Shown here: positions 1 to 7,983 of the stretch, in pieces
Layout of the letters: every line of letters starts with the position of its first letter
Position numbering within the stretch: the first letter of the stretch is position 1
Assembly (NCBI GenBank): GCA_964395505.1
Contig: CAYNBX010000001.1
Coordinates: 1-27,492, forward strand
Reading direction: 5' to 3'
DNA length: 27,492 bases
Source: an uncultured Bacteroidales bacterium
GTDB taxonomy: Bacteria > Bacteroidota > Bacteroidia > Bacteroidales > AUK083
Translations under genes and position numbers: made by a program
The notes under the pieces: model-generated
Database searches by the model: none
Seen by the model: only the letters and a program-made list of their open reading frames with translations
Told to the model about the DNA's origin: nothing

Positions 1-13
1 GTAAGTTTTTTCC

Positions 14-41
14 CAATTTCTAATTTCTAATTTCCAATTTC
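14..41. repeat. Tandem heptamer repeat (C/T)AATTTC x4
   Basis: caatttc-taatttc-taatttc-caatttc at 14-41. Complementary gaaatta units occur at 177-190 and 27464-27491. Confidence 0.6.
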
Positions 42-691
42 ATTATATAATCATTTAAGTTAAGTGTCCAAATTAAATCTAAAATCTAAAATCCCTTTGG
101 TCATGTATGTTTAATCTTTTTATATTTTTATATTTATTTCACAGGGTAAATTTCAGTTATTTAAAATTAATGTTTGGAAATTAGAAATTAGCACCTAGTA
201 TTCGGAACTAAATTTCCATTTTATTCGTTTTAGTTGTTATTAATCTTTTTTACAAAAATATAATAATTCATTTAAATTTAAATTATAACAAATTTAAAAC
301 TTATTTTTTTACTTCACTTTTTTATTAACATTAGGAGAGTCTTTTATTTTTTTACTTTCTCTAAATTTCCCCTTATTAACAGTAGAATTCTACATTTAAG
401 CCTTCTATATTCTTATGGAATATTTTGAAGGGTAAAACAATAAATTATAAAAAAAATATTTTTAAGAATGCATAAATTTTTAAAAGCTCATAAAAATAAA
501 AGGTGGATTCAAGTCATAAATGCAACTTTTTTGTTAAATTTTATTAATATTGCAAAATAATAAAAAACAGTCGACTCATAAAAAAGGAGGTAAAAAAACA
601 AACAAAATTTTTAATCGTTTTAATTAACCAATTCATTTAATCATCAAAGAAATTCTAACTAAATTATTAATTAAATAAAAATAATAAAATT

Positions 692-1099
692 ATGAAATTG
701 TATAAATTATCAATATTATTTGTGACAGCTTCTTTATTTTTATTTTTAAGTTCTTGTTACGAAGAAAAAAACAGCACAAATAGTAAAACAAATAATAGTA
801 CAGTTAATATTCCGCCAACAGAAAATGAAGAAAATTATAATCTCAGCAAAGAAGTTCTTGCTCAAATAGAAAATTATGCACGACAAAAGGCTAAATTAGT
901 CTGTGAGATTAGAAAAAATGAAAAAAAGTTAGATGAGGTAAATAGCAAAGAAGAAGCTATAAAATACAAAGAAAAGATTAAAAAAACTAAAATTGAAATT
1001 GATGCACTCGCAAAAGAAATTAAGGTTTATCTGGATAGTCAAGAAAAAATAAATGCTTTTAACAATAAATTTTATCAATTTATTGCCAATTGCAAATAA
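692..1099 (+). CDS. Hypothetical lipoprotein
   Basis: Basic N-terminus, hydrophobic stretch and lipobox FLSS-C, followed by a low-complexity S/T/N linker and a helical, charged C-terminal part. No family recognised. Confidence 0.7.
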   Translation: MKLYKLSILFVTASLFLFLSSCYEEKNSTNSKTNNSTVNIPPTENEENYNLSKEVLAQIENYARQKAKLVCEIRKNEKKLDEVNSKEEAIKYKEKIKKTKIEIDALAKEIKVYLDSQEKINAFNNKFYQFIANCK

Positions 1100-1386
1100 A
1101 AAATCATTTTTTATATTTATAATCTTTTTGATTTACCTTAAATTCGCAAGGAATAATTTGTATAATTCGGTTAATTCGATGATATTAAAAAAAATAGTTT
1201 GCGTATTTAAGGATATATAATAACTCCTTGAATAAATATCAATTAAAACTATTAGATATAATTCATTTTTTAATAAATAATTTTATCCTAATTTGTAAGT
1301 TGTGGTAATTTATCCATCAGGCAATTATAAATTTTAAAAAATTGCTTACAATTTCTCAATTAGGGTTTTAAATAAAAACCTAAATC

Positions 1387-3198
1387 ATGAAATCATATCT
1401 TATAAGCTTAATAGTTTTATATTTATTTTCATTAAATGTCTTAACAGCTCAAGATAAAAATTTCACATCAATACATCAGGAGCAATCAGAATATTATAAA
1501 AGTTTAGGCTTTAAAACTGCAAAAGAGTATGACTCTTTGAATAATTTCAAATTAATGCCTAAAAATGAAAGAAACAAAAATTGCACACTTAACAAAATTG
1601 TATTTGGCTATCATCCTTATTGGATGGGCAGTGCTTTTTTGAACTATCAATGGAATTTATTGTCAGATTTATGTTATTTTTCTTATGAAGTAAATCCCCA
1701 GACAGGCAATCCTGTAACTACTCATAACTGGCTTAATGCTAAGGTTATTGACTCAGCACAGGCAAATGGAGTAAGGGTTCATCTTTGTGCAACGTTATTT
1801 TCTGACATTACAACTTTTTTAACAAACTCCTCAGCAAAACAAAATTTAATTAATAATTTAATTTCTTTGATTCAACAACATAATGCAGATGGAGTAAATA
1901 TTGATTTTGAAGGTATCCCATCATCACAAAGTGACAATTTTACAAACTTTTTAATAGATTTAAGTGAAAAAGTGCATAATGCAATTCAAGGTTCAATTGT
2001 CAGTATTGCTGTACCTGCTGTAGATTGGGGAAATGTTTTTAACACAGAGATTTTAAAAAATTATTTAGATTACTTTATAATTATGGGATATGATTATTAT
2101 TGTAATGGAAGCTCACAAGCCGGACCGGTAGATGGATTATATAGTATGACCATTGGTTATGATTATAATTTATCAAGGACAATTAGTAATTATTTATATA
2201 AGGGTATTCCTAATTCAAAATATATTTTAGGCTTGCCATATTATGGAAGAGAATGGGAAACAGAAAGTAACTCGGTTCCATCAAATACTATTGGTTGGGG
2301 CAGGGCACTCACTTACAGTAATGTAAGAAATAATTCAAGCGGACATTACACAAATGACAACAAATATTGGGAACAAAATAGTTTTACTCCATATTATTCT
2401 TACAATTCAGATGGTTGGTACCAGTGTTTTATTGATGACTCTTATAGTTTAGCTAAACGTTATGAAGTTGTTAATCAAAGAGGAATCGCAGGAATAGGCA
2501 TCTGGGCTTTGGGCTATGACAATGGATATACTGAGCTGTGGGATGACATAAGTAATAAATTTACAAACTGTGCCACTAGTCCTTGCTCAGATACTATTTA
2601 TGATTCTGGTGGCCCCGGCTTTGATTATTATGATAATGAAGATTATTGTTTTACTATTGCTCCTACTAATGCCATTTCAGTTTCTTTAAATTTTAGTTCA
2701 TTTGACCTGCAGTCCGGTTGTGATTCACTCTGGATTTATGATGGTCCAAATATCTATTCATCATTAATTGGAGGATATTCAGGAAATAATAATCCAGGTA
2801 TAATTAGCTCAACAGGAAATGCTTTAACATTAAGATTCTATTCAGATAATGCCAGGTCATATTCCGGCTGGCAAGCGATATGGGACTGCGCTCTCCAAAT
2901 TGATGATTCTTATAAAAACAGAAATAATTATTACATTAAAGTATTTCCAAATCCTTTTAAAAATAATACTATAATCTATTATACTTTGAAATCGGGGAAA
3001 AATGTAAAAATTACAATCACTGATTTGTCAGGTAATTTAATTAAAATTTTTAATGATGAGAAACAAATTCAGGGTACACATCAACTAACATTAAACTTAA
3101 AAACTTATGCACATTACTCTTCAGGAATTTATTTGTTAAATTTTTATATCAACAATCAATTGAAGAAAACTATTCGTCTAATCAATTATTCTAATTAG
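1387..3198 (+). CDS. Secreted GH18-family glycoside hydrolase with a CUB domain and a T9SS C-terminal sorting domain
   Basis: Signal peptide; GH18 motifs DGVNIDFE, MGYDY, LGLPYYG and GIGIWALGYD; CUB-like segment (DSGG..Y.DNEDYCFTI..FDLQSGCDSLWIYDG..LTLRFYSD..GW); CTD (VFPNPF...SGIYLL). Confidence 0.85.
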   Translation: MKSYLISLIVLYLFSLNVLTAQDKNFTSIHQEQSEYYKSLGFKTAKEYDSLNNFKLMPKNERNKNCTLNKIVFGYHPYWMGSAFLNYQWNLLSDLCYFSYEVNPQTGNPVTTHNWLNAKVIDSAQANGVRVHLCATLFSDITTFLTNSSAKQNLINNLISLIQQHNADGVNIDFEGIPSSQSDNFTNFLIDLSEKVHNAIQGSIVSIAVPAVDWGNVFNTEILKNYLDYFIIMGYDYYCNGSSQAGPVDGLYSMTIGYDYNLSRTISNYLYKGIPNSKYILGLPYYGREWETESNSVPSNTIGWGRALTYSNVRNNSSGHYTNDNKYWEQNSFTPYYSYNSDGWYQCFIDDSYSLAKRYEVVNQRGIAGIGIWALGYDNGYTELWDDISNKFTNCATSPCSDTIYDSGGPGFDYYDNEDYCFTIAPTNAISVSLNFSSFDLQSGCDSLWIYDGPNIYSSLIGGYSGNNNPGIISSTGNALTLRFYSDNARSYSGWQAIWDCALQIDDSYKNRNNYYIKVFPNPFKNNTIIYYTLKSGKNVKITITDLSGNLIKIFNDEKQIQGTHQLTLNLKTYAHYSSGIYLLNFYINNQLKKTIRLINYSN

Positions 3199-3200
3199 AT

Positions 3201-3253
3201 ACTGTTTTAAAGACGAGAATAACGAAGGAATCGGACATTATGGACAAACACTA
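3201..3253. mobile_element. Truncated right-end copy (53 bp) of the MITE-like element at 25222-25367
   Basis: actgttttaaagacgagaataacgaaggaatcggacattatggacaaacacta matches 25315-25367 at 51/53 positions. Confidence 0.8.
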
Positions 3254-3264
3254 ATTATAGAGAA

Positions 3265-3832
3265 TTGAAAAATAATAAAAATTTTAAAAAAATCAGTTTA
3301 GGAATTTATGCCCTTAAAGATTATAAAGAAGAAAATAAAAAAACAATTATAGAGGATAAAATTAGAATGCACTCATATATTGAAGGTGTTTGTATTGAAC
3401 TTGGTAATTTTGAAAAATATTTAACTTATACCGCAGATCCTTCAGCTAATTATAAAGATAACATATATTTAAAAAGACCTAATTACTTTAAATGAAATAC
3501 CACTTTTTACCTATAATGAAATTATTGATAGTGTAAAACGAATTGATGTTTTATGGTTTAATAGAAAAAGTTACAAATTTCCTAAAATAGCCTATGAAGT
3601 AATTGATAGTATTGGAACATTAGAAAATGCGTTTTCAAGGACCTTTCAATTATCTGATTTTGCAACTAATTTTTTCTTAATAGGGAAAAAAGAGTTTAGG
3701 AAAAAATTTGATAAAATAGTTAATAAGAAACCTTTTAACGAAATGCCTAATCGTTATAACTTTAAATCATACGAAGAAATTATTGATTTTTATGAAAAAA
3801 AAGTTGAAATTGAAAAAATAAAATTTTATTAA
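3265..3832 (+). pseudogene. Frameshifted PD-(D/E)XK-like, restriction-endonuclease-like gene, possibly 5'-truncated
   Basis: Removing one A from the A5 run at 3471-3475 joins ORF 3265-3495 to an open frame ending at TAA 3830-3832: ...IELGNFEKYLTYTADPS..YLKDLITLNEIPLFTY.EIIDSVKRIDVLWFN..AYEVIDS.... The ID(x)n(F/Y)EV pattern resembles a nuclease core. Family assignment is from memory. Confidence 0.6.
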
Positions 3833-3833
3833 G

Positions 3834-4752
3834 ATGAGAAGTGATTTTATATATTTAAAAATTGAAGTTCCTAAAAATGCCACAGATTGTAATAAAATTA
3901 GAGAACAAGGTTTGTTTTTTGAGTATATTTCAGAAATACTGAATTTAAATAGGGAAAATATTACTGAAATAGATAATGATAATTTTAAAAAAGAATTTGA
4001 TATATTTTTGAAAAATCAAAAGCTGATTTAATTTCAAAAGTTGCAAAATACCCAAACAGGTATATTGGATTATTTCGCCCTACAAAACCAAAAGAAAAAC
4101 TCTTGCAGAATTTATTGCAATCACATGAAATTCGATTTGGGGATGCTTTTGAGAAATTGATTGAAGAATACCTAATAGAAAACAATTTTACAATTTTAGA
4201 TAACAACTTTACTGACAGTGCTGGAAATAGGTTAAATGTTGACCAATTTTTTAAGAAGAATAATCATTATTATTTTATTGAGCAAAAAGTAAGAGATGAC
4301 CATGACTCAACAAAAAACGTGGACAAATCAATAATTTTGAAAAAAAATTAGAAATAATTATTAATAATTTTGGAGATAATAATTTAAGCGGTTTTTTCTA
4401 TTTTATCGATCCTGAATTAATTAATAACAAAAAATTCTATGAGGAAGAATTAAATATTATGTCACAAGATTATGGTGTAGATTTATATAATTGTTACGGT
4501 AAGGACTTGTTTGAAAGTTTAGAAATTGGTTTTGTTTGGGATGAAATTATATAATATCTAAAAAAATGGCGAGATGAATTACCTGATATGCCAGAAATAA
4601 ATTTTGATAAAGAATCAAAACAAAGTTTTAATGAAATAAAAGATTTATCACCAAGTATATTTAGAAAATTATTTTCAAATACTGAATTGTTTGAGCAAAT
4701 TGTAAAAACGATATTTCCTGAAAATAAGGTTTTGCTGCTGCTAATTGATTAA
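3834..4752 (+). pseudogene. HpyAIV-family type II restriction endonuclease pseudogene
   Basis: Reconstructed protein IFEKSKADLISKVAKYPNRYIGLFRPTKPKEKLLQNLLQSHEIRFGDAFE..VDQF..YYFIEQKVRDDHDSTK(K)RGQINNFEKKLE..YFIDP..DYGV..CYGKDLF..WDEI..KWRDELPDMPEINFD closely follows HpyAIV as I recall it. Lesions: -1 frameshift near 4001-4003, -1 frameshift in the A6 run at 4312-4317, and in-frame TAA at 4552-4554. Confidence 0.8.
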
Positions 4753-4840
4753 TATTTTTACTTTTTTATTTATTCTCTCTTTTATTTTGTCTTAGGTTAG
4801 CTGAAAAAACTCAACTGTTTTTCCATAGTAGGTAGATTGC

Positions 4841-4971
4841 GCCTAATGGTTAGTATATGGCTTGCAGCGTTTTTCGGAGCAATTTTCTTTCCTCGCGAAA
4901 CGGACTTGGCTAAGAGCTGAATACCTAAAATTTAACATTTCACCCGCCATAAACTATATGCATTATTACCC
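4841..4971 (-). other. attC-like recombination site (131 nt) downstream of the T9SS-cargo cassette gene
   Basis: Minus strand: GGGTAAT (R''-like), then GCATATAGTTTATGGCG, a central region, the partly complementary arm CGCTGCAAGCCATATAC, and ATTAGGC (R'-like). It starts 16 nt after the stop codon. Core AAC/GTT has decayed to AAT/ATT. Confidence 0.6.
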
Positions 4972-4987
4972 AATGTAATTCTTTAAT

Positions 4988-5596
4988 TCATTCCAGAATT
5001 ACAGCCTTCATCATTACTTTTTTATCAGTGTATGCTTTAATAAAATATACTCCCTTTGTTAAATTGCTTAAATCCAGCTCTGTTCTTTCCAGATTTCTTT
5101 TAATAACTTTACCTGATTGACTTATTATATCAATTCTTTTAATTTTTAATTTTGAATCTATTTTTAATTTACCTGTTGTAGGATTTGGATACAATTTCAA
5201 TTTTGACTGTATCTTTTCATCTATTCCAAGGGCAGAGCCATAACAATATGCAGAATCAATATAAATTGATTCCTGTTGAGTGTAATTATAGACTGCTGTA
5301 ACATGGATCCAGAAGGGTTGATCATTATACAATAAAAAGTCCTCACCGCAATTTCCACCACATTCATCATGATAAAGTGAGGTATCAGTTTGAAATCTAT
5401 ATAAGTCTGTTTCCCGATAAATATTATAACCAACCAGAGTGTCCTGTGATGGCTCAGGTAGGCCCCAAGATAAAATAAAATAATTATGTGGACAGACATA
5501 CCAATGACTCCACTTTAAATTATTAATTGGGTTTAATTGTCCGAATGCCGATTGGAAAAATGCTGAAATTACAATAATTATGATTGATTTTTTCAT
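4988..5596 (-). CDS. Small secreted protein with a T9SS C-terminal sorting domain and an Fn3-like beta domain (gene cassette 2)
   Basis: Signal peptide ending AFG-Q; LSWGLP...VGYNIYR...VTAVY pattern; CTD LYPNPTTG...DLSNLTKGVYFIK. Flanked by attC-like sites. Confidence 0.8.
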   Translation of the reverse strand: MKKSIIIIVISAFFQSAFGQLNPINNLKWSHWYVCPHNYFILSWGLPEPSQDTLVGYNIYRETDLYRFQTDTSLYHDECGGNCGEDFLLYNDQPFWIHVTAVYNYTQQESIYIDSAYCYGSALGIDEKIQSKLKLYPNPTTGKLKIDSKLKIKRIDIISQSGKVIKRNLERTELDLSNLTKGVYFIKAYTDKKVMMKAVILE

Positions 5597-5620
5597 ATCA
5601 TGGATTTTTTAATTTATGTT

Positions 5621-5751
5621 TGCCAACGGTGGTGGTATGTTTTAGTTGCCAGTTTCGGAGCATTACATTTTCAAGTTATGATGAACTTGATGCGAGCTAC
5701 ACCCTTTGAATTTACTACTATCTCAACAATTAAATATACTACGTGTTAGCA
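5621..5751 (-). other. attC-like recombination site (131 nt) downstream of the TA cassette
   Basis: Minus strand: TGCTAAC (R''), then GTATATTTAATTG, a central region, CAACTAAAACATAC, and GTTGGCA (R'). The arms pair with one extra base. It starts 5 nt after the antitoxin stop codon. Confidence 0.75.
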
Positions 5752-5756
5752 AGCGT

Positions 5757-6323
5757 TTAGATTGTTTCCTTGTCTGTTAGTTTCAATTTCATTTTAATTC
5801 CTCTGTTTTTTAATTCATCTAAAGTATGTTTAATATGATTTGTTATTTTAGTTTTTAAAAATGGCGGAACCAAATCTTTCAAATCAATATCAAAAAGTCT
5901 GTGAAGAACAATGATGTCATCACGAGAAAATGGTCGTACTCCATTCATCAATTCTGACATATAATTTGGTCTGTGTCCTAATATTTTCGCTAAATCTTGT
6001 TGCGAAATACCATTCTCTTTTAACTTAATTCTAATTAATTCCTTTCTTTTCTGAACAAAATCACTTTCAGAACTAACAATTCTTTCGGCTATGTCACTTT
6101 CCTTAATTTGCTTATCGCTTATTTTGGTTTCATCATTCCAATGAGTTTGCTCATAGAACTTAATTAATGATCTTAAATGCTGTTTAATCGGTTCTATAGA
6201 TTTATCCTTTTTAACCATCCATCTTAATTTCCCATAAATAGAAATGGCTTTCTCGTATTCCAATTCACCGTTAAGTTCATCTAATTTCAGTATATTGTCA
6301 ATTTCTAACCTTTCCATAATCAT
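5757..6323 (-). CDS. HigA-like antitoxin / XRE-family HTH regulator
   Basis: HTH motif ISQQDLAKILGHRPNYMSELMNGVRPFS; N-terminal LRSLIKFYE segment; directly downstream of a HigB-like gene. The start may be the second Met (6317). Confidence 0.75.
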   Translation of the reverse strand: MIMERLEIDNILKLDELNGELEYEKAISIYGKLRWMVKKDKSIEPIKQHLRSLIKFYEQTHWNDETKISDKQIKESDIAERIVSSESDFVQKRKELIRIKLKENGISQQDLAKILGHRPNYMSELMNGVRPFSRDDIIVLHRLFDIDLKDLVPPFLKTKITNHIKHTLDELKNRGIKMKLKLTDKETI

Positions 6324-6324
6324 A

Positions 6325-6666
6325 TTATTTAATTTTCCCTTGTTTTCTCAACCACTTTTCTATTGTCCTTTTATTCCCTTTAAAAACCTTATCGTATTCT
6401 GCATGATTTCCAACCCAGAGAACTTCTGCTTCTTGTTCTTCAAATACGATCAAAATCATTGTTCTGTGTATGTTAATATCAAAAAAGAAAAAATTATCAC
6501 TATGAACTCTGTCAGCGTCAGGTCGTAATTTAATAACATCCATTTTGTTTTTCCACTCTGAATTTTCTATTTCAGAAATCAATCGGTCAATTGCTTTTAA
6601 CAGCCTGATATTCCCCTGATTTTTTCTCTTTAATTTCAATAACTTGCTTTTGTGTATTATATACAA
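6325..6666 (-). CDS. HigB-like (RelE superfamily) toxin
   Basis: 113 aa with EIENSEWKN..D...RPDADRV...FFFDI..HRTMILIVF...VLWVGNHAEYDK, as in HigB-family toxins. TTG start; arranged toxin-then-antitoxin. Confidence 0.75.
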   Translation of the reverse strand: MYIIHKSKLLKLKRKNQGNIRLLKAIDRLISEIENSEWKNKMDVIKLRPDADRVHSDNFFFFDINIHRTMILIVFEEQEAEVLWVGNHAEYDKVFKGNKRTIEKWLRKQGKIK

Positions 6667-6687
6667 TTTATTCCTTTTAAATTTTTA

Positions 6688-6720
6688 CAAAGATACAAAA
6701 TTATTCCAAATAAAATGGAA
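6688..6720 (-). promoter_or_regulatory. Cassette-borne promoter (-7 TATCTTTG) and candidate operator palindrome TTCCA-N7-TGGAA
   Basis: TAnnTTTG match at 6688-6695 (minus strand), 21 nt before the toxin start. Inverted repeat at 6704-6708 / 6716-6720. Confidence 0.5.
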
Positions 6721-6765
6721 CTTTATATTTTTTTAATTCAAGTTGAAACAGTGGTCGAACCTAAT

Positions 6766-6840
6766 GCTTGCTAACTTGTGTGTATCACCTATTGTTGTTA
6801 TCCCTCTTATTTGGTGGGATAACAACAATTGTGTATATTT
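6766..6840 (-). other. attI-like region: perfect 14-bp inverted repeat followed by a GTTAGCA crossover core
   Basis: attgttgttatccc (6791-6804) / gggataacaacaat (6816-6829). The minus strand then reads GATACACACAA-GTTAGCAAGC (core at 6775-6766). Confidence 0.55.
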
Positions 6841-6867
6841 TTCTTTTATCATTTCTTAATCTCCTCT

Positions 6868-7421
6868 TTAAAAAAAATCATTCACAGGATTTTTTATTTT
6901 AGTAATTGCTTTCTTTGACACATGAGTATATATTTCAGTAGTTTTAGAACTATTATGACCTAATAATTCTTGTATATATCTTAAATTTGTTCCTTGTTCC
7001 ATCAAGTTAGCAGCAAATGAATTTCTTAGTGTGTGCATCGTAACCTTTTTCAAAATACCTGTCTTTGCTGCTGCTCGTTTTACTATTTTTTCCATGATAA
7101 CAGCACTGTAAGTCCCACCATCAATTCAATCAAATACCAACTCTTTCGGTTGAAATACAGTAAAATATTCTTACAAATATATAACAATTTTTTTACTTAA
7201 CAATGTTATCCTATTTTTTCCCTTTCGCACTTCTAATGTTTATGATATCCCTTTCAAAATTAATATTTTCCTTTTTAATTTTTTTATTTCACCCAATCGC
7301 AAACTACCGGAATAAGTTATCATTATCAAACATTTGCGTTTCAAATTATCTGTAACACCAATCATTCGTTCTATTTCTTCCTTACTCAGTACTTAGGTAA
7401 CACCTTTTCGGATTGGGGATT
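6868..7421 (-). pseudogene. Tyrosine recombinase/integrase pseudogene, 5'-truncated, with frameshifts and stops
   Basis: Manual translation: NPQSEKVLPK(V)LSKEEIERMI..NLKRKCLIMITYSGSLRLGEI..IRSAKGKK(D)RITLLS..L*EY..FD*IDGGTYS..KVTMHTLRNSFAANLMEQGTNLRYIQELLGHNSSKTTEIYTHV. The R, K, HxxR, H and Y motifs are visible. Only the last 75 codons are an open frame. Confidence 0.85.
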
Positions 7422-7915
7422 ATGGCAAAAAAATGACCATAATCAATTTAATTTTTTTTCAAATATATAAATTTTTATATTTCAATTGAAAAACCTGTGA
7501 AGAGCAAAGCCGAACCATGTTTTGAAATAAAACCTGAAATCTTTAAAGAAAATACATTGCAGTTTAAAAAGAAAATATTAAATTTGAAAATTAATAATAA
7601 TGCAAGTTGTAAACAACAACCTTGTGAAACTTAACACTTAATCGTACAATAGTAATTTCTTTTTAGATTCAATCTTTTTTGAACCTTAAACGTCAAAAAC
7701 ATGAATATAGAATTTTTTATTTTTTTTCTTTAGACCTTTCCCTTTCATTCAATCATTCCATTATTCCAATAAAAACATCTTTGCCATTAAAATAATAGTA
7801 GAACCATTTTTTTACTTTTTACTTTAGCCTTTTTTTTGAATCATTCAAAATAAGGACAAAGAAATTATGAGAACAAATTATGTCTTGTTTTTATATGTTA
7901 AGAAAAAAATTATTG

Positions 7916-7923
7916 TAATTTTG
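7916..7923 (+). promoter_or_regulatory. Bacteroidota sigma-A -7 element (TAATTTTG) upstream of mutA
   Basis: Matches TAnnTTTG, 60 nt before the ATG. The motif is short and the DNA is AT-rich. Confidence 0.4.
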
Positions 7924-7983
7924 TCACAATATTCTATAAGTGAATAAAAAATAACGATTAGAACATTTAAAGTTTCATAAAAA

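Noticed and set aside
3985-4206. Minus-strand 73-aa ORF
   Set aside because: Antisense shadow of the HpyAIV-like pseudogene.
4770-4840. Possible third cassette (mini-ORF MEKQLSFFS*, followed by AGCTAAC)
   Set aside because: No partner arm or R' box follows, so it is at most a truncated remnant.
5221-5499. Overlapping 92-aa ORF
   Set aside because: Alternative frame inside the T9SS-cargo gene, with no recognisable features.
6244-6528. Plus-strand 94-aa ORF
   Set aside because: Antisense to the TA pair.
7450-7983. Cobalamin riboswitch upstream of mutA; ORF 7878-8072
   Set aside because: No B12-box or GC-rich stems visible. The ORF overlaps the mutA start on the opposite strand.
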